A stretch of DNA of 64,000 nt, taken from the NCBI GenBank assembly GCA_050174015.1, contig JBFXKG010000003.1:96001-160000 (forward strand), given 5' to 3'. The notes below the pieces were generated by a model. It was not told the origin of the DNA and ran no database searches. It was given only the letters and a program-made list of their open reading frames with translations. Below are positions 33,924 to 43,967 of the stretch, piece after piece. A program made the translations under genes and the position numbers. Each line of letters begins with the position of its first letter. Positions within the stretch are counted from its first letter, which is position 1. The DNA is from Candidatus Krumholzibacteriia bacterium. GTDB taxonomy: Bacteria; Krumholzibacteriota; Krumholzibacteriia; LZORAL124-64-63.

Positions 33924-34832
33924 ATGGGCGGTCTGATCAATGTCTTGCAGCGCGCACCGGCTGCGGGGTCCGTCCGGGGCGGTCGGGCGGTGACCGAACC
34001 CCGGTGGATGAGCTCGCTGCTGCTGGCGATCTCGGTCCTGTTCCTGGTGTTCTTCCTCTTCCTTCCCCTGGCGGGCGTCTTCGCCGAGGCTCTGCGCAAG
34101 GGCGCGGGAGCCTACCTGGACAGCTTCGCCGAGCCGGCGGTCCGTCAGGCGATCGGCCTGACCCTGACCGTGGCGGCGGTCGCCGTGCCGCTGAACCTGG
34201 TCTTCGGCCTGGCGGCCGCCTGGGCCATCGCCAAGTTCGAGTTCCGCGGCAAGAGCGTCCTGACCACCCTGATCGACCTGCCCTTGGCGGTCTCGCCGGT
34301 CATCTCGGGCATGGTCTTCGTCCTGCTGTTCGGCCTGCACGGGTGGTTCGGCCCGCAGCTGGCGGCGCGCGGCATCGAGATCATCTTCGCGGTGCCTGGC
34401 ATCATCCTGGCCACCCTGTTCGTGACCGTGCCCTACGTGGCGCGCGAGCTGATCCCCCTGATGCAGGAGCAGGGCACCCAGGACGAGGAGGCGGCGCTCA
34501 CCCTGGGCGCTTCGGGCTGGCAGACCTTCCGGCGGGTGACCCTGCCCAACGTGAAGTGGGCCCTGCTCTACGGCGTGATCCTGTGCAACGCCCGCGCCAT
34601 GGGGGAATTCGGGGCCGTGTCGGTGGTCAGCGGCCACATCCGGGGCAAGACCAACACCATGCCCCTGCAGATCGAGATCCTCTACAACGAGTACAATTTC
34701 ACGGCCGCCTTCGCGGTGGCCTCCCTGCTGGCCCTGCTGGCCCTGGTGACCCTCGCCGTCAAGGCGCTGGTCGAGCGGCGGGCGGGCGGGTCGCAGTCGG
34801 CGGACGAACAACCGGTCGAGGACGAGGTGTGA
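33924..34832 (+). CDS. cysW: Sulfate ABC transporter permease CysW
   Basis: [47 protein letters not shown]. Confidence 0.95.
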   Translation: MGGLINVLQRAPAAGSVRGGRAVTEPRWMSSLLLAISVLFLVFFLFLPLAGVFAEALRKGAGAYLDSFAEPAVRQAIGLTLTVAAVAVPLNLVFGLAAAWAIAKFEFRGKSVLTTLIDLPLAVSPVISGMVFVLLFGLHGWFGPQLAARGIEIIFAVPGIILATLFVTVPYVARELIPLMQEQGTQDEEAALTLGASGWQTFRRVTLPNVKWALLYGVILCNARAMGEFGAVSVVSGHIRGKTNTMPLQIEILYNEYNFTAAFAVASLLALLALVTLAVKALVERRAGGSQSADEQPVEDEV

Positions 34833-34833
34833 C

Positions 34834-35898
34834 ATGGCCATTTCCGTGCGGCACGTGACCAAGACGTTCGGCGGGTTCACCGCCCTGAACGACGTGAGCC
34901 TGGAGGTCAAGGAGGGGGCGCTGACGGCGCTGCTGGGCCCCTCGGGCTCGGGCAAGACGACCCTGCTGCGGATCATCGCGGGCCTGGAGCAGCCGGATCC
35001 CGGCTCGGGATCCATCCTCTTCAAGCAGGAGGACATGGCCGACCGGCGGATCCAGGAGCGGCGGGTGGGATTCGTGTTCCAGCACTACGCCCTGTTCCGT
35101 CACATGACGGTGTTCGAGAACGTGGCGTTCGGGATGCGGGTCAAGGCCCGGGACCGGCGCCCCTCGCGCGGGGCCATCCGGGAAAAGGTCCGGTCCCTGC
35201 TGGCGCTGGTGCAGCTGGAGAACCTGGCGGACCGGTATCCCGCGCAGCTTTCGGGGGGCCAGCGCCAGCGCGTGGCCCTGGCGCGCGCGCTGGCTGTCGA
35301 ACCCCAGGTGCTGCTGCTGGACGAGCCGTTCGGCGCCCTGGACGCCAAGGTCCGCAAGAAGCTGCGGTCGTGGCTGCGCCGGCTGCATCGCGACCTGCAC
35401 ATCACCAGCGTGTTCGTCACGCACGACCAGGAGGAGGCCCTGGAGGTCGCGGATCACATCGTGGTGATGAACAACGGGGCCATCGAGCAGGAGGGAACCC
35501 CTGAAGAGGTGTTCCACCGCCCGGCCACCGAGTTCGTGATGGACTTCCTGGGCAACGTGAACGTCTTCCACGCCCGCCTGAGCGACGGAAAACTGGCATT
35601 CGCCACCTGCGAGCTGGAAGCGCCCGATGACGTTCCGCCCGACGCGGACACCGCGCGGGTGTTCATCCGGCCCCACGACCTGGAGCTGGACCTGGCGCCC
35701 CGCCACGGCCCCAGCCTGGCGGCCCGCATCGGGCACATCCATGCGGCCGGGCCGATGGTGCGCCTGTCCCTGGAAGCGACCTCCGGGGAGACTTTCACGG
35801 CGGAAATCTCGCAGGAGCGGTTCCGGGAGCTGGACCTGGGTCTGGGCATGCGGGTCTTCGTGTCCCCGCGGGGATTGCGGGTCTTCACGGGGCAGTAG
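34834..35898 (+). CDS. cysA: Sulfate ABC transporter ATP-binding protein CysA
   Basis: [43 protein letters not shown]-terminal TOBE-like region. Confidence 0.95.
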   Translation: MAISVRHVTKTFGGFTALNDVSLEVKEGALTALLGPSGSGKTTLLRIIAGLEQPDPGSGSILFKQEDMADRRIQERRVGFVFQHYALFRHMTVFENVAFGMRVKARDRRPSRGAIREKVRSLLALVQLENLADRYPAQLSGGQRQRVALARALAVEPQVLLLDEPFGALDAKVRKKLRSWLRRLHRDLHITSVFVTHDQEEALEVADHIVVMNNGAIEQEGTPEEVFHRPATEFVMDFLGNVNVFHARLSDGKLAFATCELEAPDDVPPDADTARVFIRPHDLELDLAPRHGPSLAARIGHIHAAGPMVRLSLEATSGETFTAEISQERFRELDLGLGMRVFVSPRGLRVFTGQ

Positions 35899-35902
35899 GC
35901 GA

Positions 35903-36733
35903 TCAGTCCCCGGTGAGGATGTCCTCCAGGAGGGCCAGCACTTCGGGGTCGCCCTCGTATTCCGTCAGGGCGAAGAGGGCCACCTGCTGAAGCCGTGGCT
36001 CGGTGCTTTTGCGGGCGATCTCCAACAGGAGTGGACGGCCGCAATCGCCCGGCAACTGCGACAGGGCGAACACCGCGTGCTCCCGGACCTCGAACTCCTC
36101 GCTGCGGTCGCGGGCGATGGCGGTCAGGTGTCCGGCCACCTTTTCTCCAGCCAGCGCCGCCAGCCACATGGTCGTTTCGCACCGCACCTCGGCGTCGATC
36201 GACCCGTTCCGGGCCAGTGCGAGCAGCGGGCCCGCCACGTCGGCGCCGCGGGCGATGATCCCGGCGAGCAGCAGGTCCTCCGCCACCTCGGCCGCTGTTC
36301 CGGGGATCATCTCCAGGCAGAAGGCGGCAACCGGACCTGGATCGAGGGCCCCGAGATCGACCGTTCCTGGGGGGAGCCGAGGGCCGTCCCTGCCCACGAC
36401 GACCGAAGCCTCGGTGATGGATCCGGCTTCCAGCTGGAGCGCCATCCAGCCGGGGCCATCCTCCATCGGGTCGCTGTCGTCGTACCATCCCCGGAACCAG
36501 GAGTGGTTCTGGTCGTTCCAGCGGATCCGCACACCGCGGCCGTTGCCCGTGACCCCGTCGCGCACCGGGAAGTGGAACGCGAGGGATCCCGAGCCGACGT
36601 CGGCGCAGACCTTCACGAGGTCGGACACCGTGGCGACGGGAGAGTCGGACGCATCGGCCGACGTTCCCTGCCGGAAACCCATCACCGCCAACATGAGTCC
36701 GAGATAGAGGACGAAGGTCTGGAAGGCGATCAT
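35903..36733 (-). CDS. Exported HEAT-repeat protein
   Basis: Signal peptide; EVREHAVFALSQL and LQQVALFAL HEAT-like repeats; AGGGAG RBS. Confidence 0.75.
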   Translation of the reverse strand: MIAFQTFVLYLGLMLAVMGFRQGTSADASDSPVATVSDLVKVCADVGSGSLAFHFPVRDGVTGNGRGVRIRWNDQNHSWFRGWYDDSDPMEDGPGWMALQLEAGSITEASVVVGRDGPRLPPGTVDLGALDPGPVAAFCLEMIPGTAAEVAEDLLLAGIIARGADVAGPLLALARNGSIDAEVRCETTMWLAALAGEKVAGHLTAIARDRSEEFEVREHAVFALSQLPGDCGRPLLLEIARKSTEPRLQQVALFALTEYEGDPEVLALLEDILTGD

Positions 36734-36775
36734 GGCAGTGCTCCCTGTTCAGGATATCCCCGGAGACATGAGATT

Positions 36776-36801
36776 GACGCCCCGGGGCGAAAAAGGGTTG
36801 C
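36776..36801 (-). promoter_or_regulatory. ECF-type promoter motif upstream of the HEAT-repeat gene
   Basis: Minus strand GCAACC-N16-CGTC, 42 nt upstream of the ATG. Confidence 0.5.
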
Positions 36802-36894
36802 CGGGGACTCGCCCATGGATTCGCATTGGGATTCGGACGGCGACTTGCCTATAATCCGGGAAACAGGAGCAACCCCTTTCCCACGGCGGCGTCC

Positions 36895-37500
36895 ATGACC
36901 GAGTCCGGCGAATACAGGCAACCGACCCGCAAGGAGCGGGAATTCTCCCGCCATCACCGGGACATCCTGTCCGCGGCCGTCTCCCTGTTCGCGGAGAACG
37001 GGTACTACCAGACCACCATGCAGATGATCGCCGACCGCGCCGAGTTCTCCGTCGGCTACCTCTACAAGCATTTCGCCGGCAAGGAAGAGATGTACCGGGA
37101 ACTGCTGGTGTTCCACCTCGACCGCCTCGACCAGCTCATCCTCGAGACCGAATCGCTGGGTTTGCCGCCCCTGGAGGAGATCCACCGGATCTACACGCTC
37201 ATTTGCGGACACTTCAACAGGCACCGGGACTTCATGCGGATCTTCCACCAGGAGATCGGGGGAGAGTTCGAGGAGATCGCCCGGAGCAAGGGGCGCCACT
37301 TCCGGGACATCGTCACCCGTCTCCAGAAGGCCCAGGCGACCGGGGAACTCACCGCCTTCGATCCCTACCTTCTGGGGGCCGCCATCCAGGGGGCGACCAA
37401 GGAACTCTTCGGGGAGATGGCGAACCGGCCGGGGGACAATCCCTTCGATTCCCTGCCGGACGTGATCTTCCGGCTCCTGATCGATCCATTGCGTAAGTAG
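36895..37500 (+). CDS. TetR/AcrR family regulator
   Basis: ILSAAVSLFAENGYYQTTMQMIADRAEFSVGYLYKHFAGKEE; TATAAT at 36850. Confidence 0.92.
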   Translation: MTESGEYRQPTRKEREFSRHHRDILSAAVSLFAENGYYQTTMQMIADRAEFSVGYLYKHFAGKEEMYRELLVFHLDRLDQLILETESLGLPPLEEIHRIYTLICGHFNRHRDFMRIFHQEIGGEFEEIARSKGRHFRDIVTRLQKAQATGELTAFDPYLLGAAIQGATKELFGEMANRPGDNPFDSLPDVIFRLLIDPLRK

Positions 37501-37598
37501 TTGTTTTTCAAGATTTCAATTCGATTTTCGGGCCGGGTCCGGAAACCGTCCAGCCAGAGAATTCTCGATTTTCAAAAAAATGAACTTGCGATCGCCGC

Positions 37599-37630
37599 TG
37601 TGAATGATTATTCATGAATTGCAATTCACA
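37599..37630. promoter_or_regulatory. Tandem palindromic operator (putative TetR sites) overlapping a promoter
   Basis: TG-TGAATgattATTCA-TGAATtgcaATTCA-CA; TTGCGA at 37586 lies 17 nt before TATTCA. Confidence 0.7.
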
Positions 37631-37659
37631 AAATGAACCTCGAATTTGGCGAGACCATC

Positions 37660-38301
37660 ATGCATTCGGCCCCCACCAGACCCAACAGGCAGGAACGCGA
37701 GTGGCGTCGCCGCCACCGCGACATCCTCGACGCCGCCATCCGGCTGTTCCTGGACCTGGGCTTCAACGGCACCACCATGCAGATGATCGCCGAGGAGGCG
37801 GAATATTCCGTCGGCTACCTCTACAAGCACTTCCCGGGCAAGGAGCAACTCCTGCTCGAGATCATCGGGGATCAGCTGGAAATCCTCGAGGGAATCCGCC
37901 GGGACAACCGCACCAGGTTCAAGGGCAGGCCTCTGCGGGTGCTGAAGGAGAACGTGAGGCAGATCGCCTTGCAGCTGCACGGGAAGGCGCCGCTGGTCTC
38001 CCTGTTCCTTGCGCCCGGTCCGTCCCGGTTGCGGATCGTCCGGGAACGCCTGGACCGGTATCGCGCGGAGGATGCGCAGCTCATGGACGAAGCGGTCGCC
38101 CTCGGACTCCTGGCGCCCTGCGACTCCGGGCTGGCCGCGGCGGTCTACAACGGTGTCATCTGGGGCCTGATCCGGCTCCTCATCGAGACCGACCGGTTCG
38201 ACCGCCTGGACGAGATCCCCGGAATCGTCGAGACCCTGGTGCTGGCGCCCCTGGCCGCCGGCTGTTCCGATACCAATGAAAAGGAAGTGGACGCGCGATG
38301 A
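37660..38301 (+). CDS. TetR/AcrR family regulator
   Basis: ILDAAIRLFLDLGFNGTTMQMIAEEAEYSVGYLYKHFPGKEQ; alternative ATG at 37633. Confidence 0.92.
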   Translation: MHSAPTRPNRQEREWRRRHRDILDAAIRLFLDLGFNGTTMQMIAEEAEYSVGYLYKHFPGKEQLLLEIIGDQLEILEGIRRDNRTRFKGRPLRVLKENVRQIALQLHGKAPLVSLFLAPGPSRLRIVRERLDRYRAEDAQLMDEAVALGLLAPCDSGLAAAVYNGVIWGLIRLLIETDRFDRLDEIPGIVETLVLAPLAAGCSDTNEKEVDAR

Positions 38302-39755
38302 TGGATCCCAGAGGCATGAACCGGAGGACCGGGCGCCAGTCCCCCCTTCCGGCAATCCTGTTGCTGGCAGCCGTGCTGGCGGCGACTACCCATCCCCTTG
38401 CCGCCGCCGCTGAGCCGCCGGCCGCCGGAGAGGCGCCCGGTTCCCCCCCTTCGACCTCGCCCAGGTCCCTTTCGAGGGACCAGGCCCGCGCCCTGGCTCT
38501 GGCCAACGACGAACAGATAGCCCAGATGCAACAGGCCATCCAGGGCGCGCGCGCCGACGTCATGGCAGCCGGATCGGGACGGCTGCCCCAGGTCGATGCC
38601 GGGGCCGTCTGGACCCGGAACCTGAAGAAGCCGGTCTTCTTCCTGCCGCCCGATCTGGCGGCCGGACTGGGCGGACCGGCAGCGGTGGAGATGGGAGGGG
38701 ACTGGGATCTCCAGGCGGCGGCCACGGTCACCCTGAATCTCTGGACCGCAGGGCGGTTGTCCGCGGCCCGGGCCATGGCCTCCGAGGCGCTCGCAGAGAG
38801 CGGATGGCGGAAGGCGCTGGTCATGGATGCCGTGATCTACGCCGTGGATGCCGCTTACTGGGGGGTCCAGCTCGCCGAAGCGGAAGTGACCATCGCCGAG
38901 GCGTCGCTGCAGCTCGCGGACGAGACCCTGCGCACCACCACCGCCGCCGAGGAGCAGGGCGAGGCGAGCAGGTTCGACTTGCTGCGGGCCAGGGTGGAGC
39001 GTTCCAACCGCGAGTCGCCGCTGATCCAGGCTCGCAACGTCCTCGAGCAGAGGCGGCTCCAGCTTTCCCGGTTGTGCGGGCTCCAACCCGGGACCCGGTT
39101 GACCCTGACCGACTCGCTGCAGGCGGTGGCCCATCCGGCTCCCCTCGAGGAACTGGTGCGGGCCGCCGGGTCCGGCCCAGAGCTGGTGGCCCTCGATCAC
39201 CGCATCCGAGCTGCGGAAATGGCCGTGTCGCTGGCCCGGGCGGGCCGGGGACCGGTGGTGTCGCTCCAGGGCCAGTACGCGGTCCAGGGCCAGTGGGACG
39301 GGGACATCCTGCCCGGAAGCGACGAGGCCGTGAGCAGCGCCTCGGCGGCCCTGGCGGTCTCGGTGCCCCTGTTCGACGGATACGCGGCCCGGGCGGACAT
39401 CCAGGGCCGGGAAGCCGATCTGCGCATCGCCAGGCTGGAACGCGAGAGGATCGCCCGGGACCGGGAGCTGGGAGTGCGCCAGGGACGAATCGGTCTCGAG
39501 AACGCGCTGGCGGCGCTGGAAGGACGGCGCGAGGCGGTCATGCTCGCCGAGGAAGCCGTCCGCCTGGCCCAGGTTCGCCGGGACAACGGTTTGGCCACGC
39601 CGCTGGAGATCCTCGACGCGGACCTGGCGTTGACCCGCGCCCGCGCCCAGTTCGCCTTCTCGCTTCATGCCTGTGAAATCGCCGCCGCCGGTCTCGAACT
39701 GGCCGTTGGCGGAGCCCATGCCGTTTTCGCCGCAACCGAGGGGAATAACCCATGA
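38298..39755 (+). CDS. TolC family outer-membrane efflux protein
   Basis: Signal peptide; GRLPQVD, GEASRFDLLRARVE, SVPLFDG and GLATPLEILDA OEP motifs. Confidence 0.92.
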   Translation: MMDPRGMNRRTGRQSPLPAILLLAAVLAATTHPLAAAAEPPAAGEAPGSPPSTSPRSLSRDQARALALANDEQIAQMQQAIQGARADVMAAGSGRLPQVDAGAVWTRNLKKPVFFLPPDLAAGLGGPAAVEMGGDWDLQAAATVTLNLWTAGRLSAARAMASEALAESGWRKALVMDAVIYAVDAAYWGVQLAEAEVTIAEASLQLADETLRTTTAAEEQGEASRFDLLRARVERSNRESPLIQARNVLEQRRLQLSRLCGLQPGTRLTLTDSLQAVAHPAPLEELVRAAGSGPELVALDHRIRAAEMAVSLARAGRGPVVSLQGQYAVQGQWDGDILPGSDEAVSSASAALAVSVPLFDGYAARADIQGREADLRIARLERERIARDRELGVRQGRIGLENALAALEGRREAVMLAEEAVRLAQVRRDNGLATPLEILDADLALTRARAQFAFSLHACEIAAAGLELAVGGAHAVFAATEGNNP

Positions 39756-40840
39756 AAGCAGGAATATCCCGCAGGACCCGCAACGGCGTGGTCGTCATCG
39801 TCGTCATCCTGGCCCTGGCGGTGGTGTTCTCGGCCCGCTACCGGAGCCTCGGCCGCAAGGAGGCTCCCGCCGGCATCCGGGCGGTCCAGGATCAGGAGGG
39901 GATCCCTGTGGAGACGGTCACCGTCAGGCGCGGTGACCTGGCCGCCTGGATCACCCTGGCCGGCACGGTGGAGGGCGTGGTCCAGTATCCCATCGTCTCG
40001 AACAACGCGCTCAAGGTGGTGGGCATCCCGGTGAAGGAAGGCGACCGGGTGGTCAAGGGGGACGTGATCATCAGGCTGGCCAGCGGAGCGCCTTCACCCA
40101 TGTATCATTCCCTGGACAAGTCCCGGGCGAACTACCAGAACGCCCAGCTCGAGGTTCAGCGCCTGCGCAACCTCTACGCCGAGGGAGCCGTCGCCAGGGC
40201 CGATCTCGACGCAGCCGAGACGAAGCTGAAGATCCTGGCGGCCGATCTCCAGGACGCCGAAGGCAGCATCCTGCTCACCGCGGACGAACCCGGCGTGGTG
40301 ACGAGCATCCTGGTCAACGAGGGCGACACGGTCAAGACCGGCAAGGCGCTGGCCTGGATCGCAGACACCTCCTCGGTGAAGGTCGTGTTCGAGGCCGGAA
40401 GCCGGCAGGCCCTGTCCCTTGCGACGGGCCAGGTGGCCCGCTGGACCGACCCTGCAGGCGAGGCCTGGACCGGATCCGTCCAGCGCCTGGACCTGATGGC
40501 CGATTCCCAGACCCACCTCCTCGAGGGCGAGGCGCTGTTTCCCAATCCGCAGGGGCGTCTGGTGCCCGGTCTTCTGATCTCCTTCATGGTCCGCACGGAA
40601 GCGGTCGAGAACGCGCTGATCGTCCCGGCGGCCTGCCTCGTGGACACGCCGACCGGGCCGGCGGTCTGGACGGCGGATGACCAGGCGCATCTGGTGAGCG
40701 TGAAGACGGGCCTGAAGACGGGGGAAAGAGTGGAGATCACCTCCGGCCTCTCGGAGGGCCAGGCGGTCGTGCTGCACGGGGGGACGCTGCTGAGCGAGGG
40801 CGTGAAGATCAAGACCGCCGGGACGGGAGAGGGGCGCTAG
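39752..40840 (+). CDS. RND efflux periplasmic adaptor (MFP)
   Basis: N-terminal TM; lipoyl halves VKEGDRVVKGD and VNEGDTVKTGK; VEITSGLSEGQAVV. Confidence 0.92.
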   Translation: MKAGISRRTRNGVVVIVVILALAVVFSARYRSLGRKEAPAGIRAVQDQEGIPVETVTVRRGDLAAWITLAGTVEGVVQYPIVSNNALKVVGIPVKEGDRVVKGDVIIRLASGAPSPMYHSLDKSRANYQNAQLEVQRLRNLYAEGAVARADLDAAETKLKILAADLQDAEGSILLTADEPGVVTSILVNEGDTVKTGKALAWIADTSSVKVVFEAGSRQALSLATGQVARWTDPAGEAWTGSVQRLDLMADSQTHLLEGEALFPNPQGRLVPGLLISFMVRTEAVENALIVPAACLVDTPTGPAVWTADDQAHLVSVKTGLKTGERVEITSGLSEGQAVVLHGGTLLSEGVKIKTAGTGEGR

Positions 40841-40841
40841 C

Positions 40842-43800
40842 ATGGACTTCTTCCGCACCATCATCGCCCGGCCCGTCATGACGACCATGATCGTGGTGGT
40901 CCTGGTCGTGATGGGGATCTACTCCTACAGCCATCTGATCACGGAGCTCATCCCGCGGCTCAACTTCCCGGTGGTGGTGGTCACGACGGTGTATCCCGGA
41001 GCGGCGCCGGGCGAGGTCGAGACGCAGATCACGAAGAAGATCGAGGACCAGGTGGCGACCCTGGCCGGCATCGAGGAGCTGACCTCCACCTCCATGGAGA
41101 ACATGTCCCAGGTCATCGTCCAGTTCGCCCTGGAGACGGACGAGGACCAGGACGCCATCGACGTCAAGGACAAGGTCGATGCCATCACGGGGGATCTGCC
41201 CGAGGACGCCGAGGATCCGATCATCACCAAGTTCGACATCGCGGGCGAGGCGGTGGTGGAGCTGGCGGTGTCCGGGCCGCGGCCCCTGCCGGAGATCTTC
41301 GAGATCGTGGACAAGACGGTGAAGGAGCGCCTGAGCCGCATCGACGGGGTCGCCGAGGTCGAGATCATCGGCACGCAGGAGCGGCAGATCCAGGTGGCGG
41401 TCCACCCGGAACGGCTGCGGGCCTACGGGCTCACGCTCACCGACGTGCTGGGAACCCTGGCCGCGACCAACCTGAACGTCCCGGTGGGCCACATCACCCG
41501 CAGCGAGTCGGAGATCAACGTCCGCATGCTGGGCGAGGTCGGCGATCCGGCCGAGCTGGCCGGCTTCCGGTTGAATCTGCCCGGAGGCGGGACGGTGCCC
41601 CTGGGCGAGGTGGCGGACATCCTGGACACCACCGAGGAGGTCCGCGAGGCATCGACCTGGAACGGGAACGCGGTCATCACCGTGGCGGTCCAGAAGCGGT
41701 CCGACGGCAACACCATCACGGTGGCCGACGGGGTCTTCGCCTCCCTCGACGCAATCCGCGAGGCGGTGGGGCCGGACATCTCCATCGAGGTGGTCAAGGA
41801 GACGGCCTCGTTCGTCCGCGATTCGCGGACCGACGTGCTGACCAACATGGCCATCGGCATCGCCCTGACGGGCATGCTGCTCTTCCTGTTCCTCCACGAC
41901 TGGCGCCCGACACTCATCGCGGCGGTCGCGATGCCGGTGTCGGTGGTCGCGGCGTTCATGCTCATGGAGGCTTCGGGATTCACGCTGAACGTGATGTCCC
42001 TGATGGCGCTGGGCATCTCCATCGGGACCCTGGTGACCAACTCCATCATCGTGCTGGAGAACATCAGCCGGCTGGTGGGCGAGGGGGTGGAGCCGAAGGA
42101 GGCCGCCGCCCGGGGGACCGGGGAGATCGCGGTCGCCGTGCTGGCCTCCACCCTGACCAACGTCGTCGTGTTCACGCCCATCGCCTTCATGAGCGGCCTG
42201 ATCGGCCAGTTCTTCCGGCAGTTCGGATTGACGGTGGTCTACGCCACGCTGTTCTCCCTGGTGGTCAGCTTCACGCTGGTGCCGATGCTGGCGGCGCGGA
42301 TGATCAGGCCCGGCAGCGGCCTGGGTCACGGGAGGGATCTCCTGTCACGCTCGATCCAGGCCTGGGAGCGGCTCTACGGGAAGCTGGAACGGGACTACCG
42401 GACATCCCTGGCCTGGTGCCTGCGCTGGAGGCGGGTCACCCTGCTGGGCACCGTGGCCGTCTTCATGCTGGCCATGACCCTGTTCGGCCGCATCGGCGGC
42501 GGCTTCATTCCCCTGGTGGATTCCGCGAAGATCCAGGTCAGCCTCGAGCTTCCCGCCGGAACCAACCTCGAACGGACCCGCGAGGTGGCGGGCCGCTTGG
42601 CGGATGACCTGAGAAACCTGCCCGAGGTCGCGGGGGTGCTGGTCAAGGTCGGCGGGCAGCAGCGCGGCATCGAGGACGCCGACATCTTCGTGCGCCTGGT
42701 CGACAAGAGCGAGCGGGACGCGACCCTGCTGGGCGTCATGAACGCCATTCGCCCCCGCCTGGCGGGGATTCCCGACGCCAAGGTCGCGGTCTATCCCCTG
42801 GGCGGGGGCTCGTACGTGGAGGCCGACCTGGTCCTGGAGGTCCTGGGCAACGATTCGGAGGACGTGAAGACCGCGGGCGAGATGGTCTACCGCGTGGTGA
42901 GGGACGTTCCCGGACTGGTTGAGGTCCAGTCGAGCGACGAGCCCGGCAAGCCCGAAATCAAGGTGGTGCCGCGGCGGGAGCAGCTGGCGGACCGGGGTCT
43001 GATGACCCGGTCGGTCGGGGGCATCCTGCGCACCGCCTACGAGGGACAGGATGCGGGAGTCTACCGGGAGAACGGTGAGGAGTACGACGTGGTGGTGAAG
43101 TACGCCGCCGAGAACCGGGGCGATCCGGACTACCTGCCGGACCTCCCGGTCCTCACGCCGGCAGGCGCCACGGTTCCCTTGGCCGAGGTTGCGGACCTGG
43201 TGCCGTCGGTGGGCGAACCCACCATCCTCCACTCCGAGAAGCAGCGCGTGGTGAACATCTCCGCCAACATCGCCACCGGGTCGTTGTCGCAGAACCGCCG
43301 GGCCATCGACGCCGGGGTGGCGGAGCTGGAAATCCCCGACGGGGTCGTGGTCAAGTACGGCGGGGACGCCGAGATGCAGGACGAGTCCTTCGCGGCCATC
43401 TTCGAGGCCCTGATCCTGGCCATCGTCCTGATCTACATCGTGATGGCTGCGCTGCTGGAGAGCTTCATCCACCCGATCACCGTCATGGTGACCCTGCCGC
43501 TGTCGTTGATCGGCATGGCCGTGTCGCTGTTCTGGTCGGGCGAGGACATCAACATCATGTCCCTGATGGCGCTGGTGATGATGGTGGGCATCGTGGTGAA
43601 CAACGCGATCCTGATGCTGGATTACGTCGGGCAGCTGCGCGCCCGGGGAATGGGCATCCGGGAAGCCCTGCTCGAGGGCTGTCCCACCAAGCTGCGCGCC
43701 ATCGTGATGGCCAACCTGGCCATCGCCATCGGGATGATCCCCCAGCTCGTCGGCGCCGGGGCCGGCTCCGAGTTCCGGGCTCCCATGGCCGTGGTGCAGA

Positions 43801-43916
43801 TCGGCGGGGTGCTGATCTCGGCGATCTTCACCCTGTTCGTGGTCCCGGTGGTGTACACCTACCTGGACCGGTTGACGCTGGCCGGGCGCAAGGAGGCATC
43901 GAAGGCCGAGGCCTGA
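40842..43916 (+). CDS. RND efflux permease (AcrB/AcrD/AcrF family)
   Basis: 1024 aa; RPV, YPGAAPGEVE, LNVMSLMAL, SFTLVPML and GIVVNNAIL motifs. Confidence 0.93.
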   Translation: MDFFRTIIARPVMTTMIVVVLVVMGIYSYSHLITELIPRLNFPVVVVTTVYPGAAPGEVETQITKKIEDQVATLAGIEELTSTSMENMSQVIVQFALETDEDQDAIDVKDKVDAITGDLPEDAEDPIITKFDIAGEAVVELAVSGPRPLPEIFEIVDKTVKERLSRIDGVAEVEIIGTQERQIQVAVHPERLRAYGLTLTDVLGTLAATNLNVPVGHITRSESEINVRMLGEVGDPAELAGFRLNLPGGGTVPLGEVADILDTTEEVREASTWNGNAVITVAVQKRSDGNTITVADGVFASLDAIREAVGPDISIEVVKETASFVRDSRTDVLTNMAIGIALTGMLLFLFLHDWRPTLIAAVAMPVSVVAAFMLMEASGFTLNVMSLMALGISIGTLVTNSIIVLENISRLVGEGVEPKEAAARGTGEIAVAVLASTLTNVVVFTPIAFMSGLIGQFFRQFGLTVVYATLFSLVVSFTLVPMLAARMIRPGSGLGHGRDLLSRSIQAWERLYGKLERDYRTSLAWCLRWRRVTLLGTVAVFMLAMTLFGRIGGGFIPLVDSAKIQVSLELPAGTNLERTREVAGRLADDLRNLPEVAGVLVKVGGQQRGIEDADIFVRLVDKSERDATLLGVMNAIRPRLAGIPDAKVAVYPLGGGSYVEADLVLEVLGNDSEDVKTAGEMVYRVVRDVPGLVEVQSSDEPGKPEIKVVPRREQLADRGLMTRSVGGILRTAYEGQDAGVYRENGEEYDVVVKYAAENRGDPDYLPDLPVLTPAGATVPLAEVADLVPSVGEPTILHSEKQRVVNISANIATGSLSQNRRAIDAGVAELEIPDGVVVKYGGDAEMQDESFAAIFEALILAIVLIYIVMAALLESFIHPITVMVTLPLSLIGMAVSLFWSGEDINIMSLMALVMMVGIVVNNAILMLDYVGQLRARGMGIREALLEGCPTKLRAIVMANLAIAIGMIPQLVGAGAGSEFRAPMAVVQIGGVLISAIFTLFVVPVVYTYLDRLTLAGRKEASKAEA

Positions 43917-43927
43917 CCCGGCAGCCG

Positions 43928-43956
43928 GGGGCGGCGGATCTCCCTCCCGCCGCCCC
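43928..43956. terminator. Hairpin between convergent genes
   Basis: GGGGCGGCGG-9nt-CCGCCGCCCC between stops at 43916(+) and 43968(-). Confidence 0.5.
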
Positions 43957-43967
43957 GCCGCCCCGCA

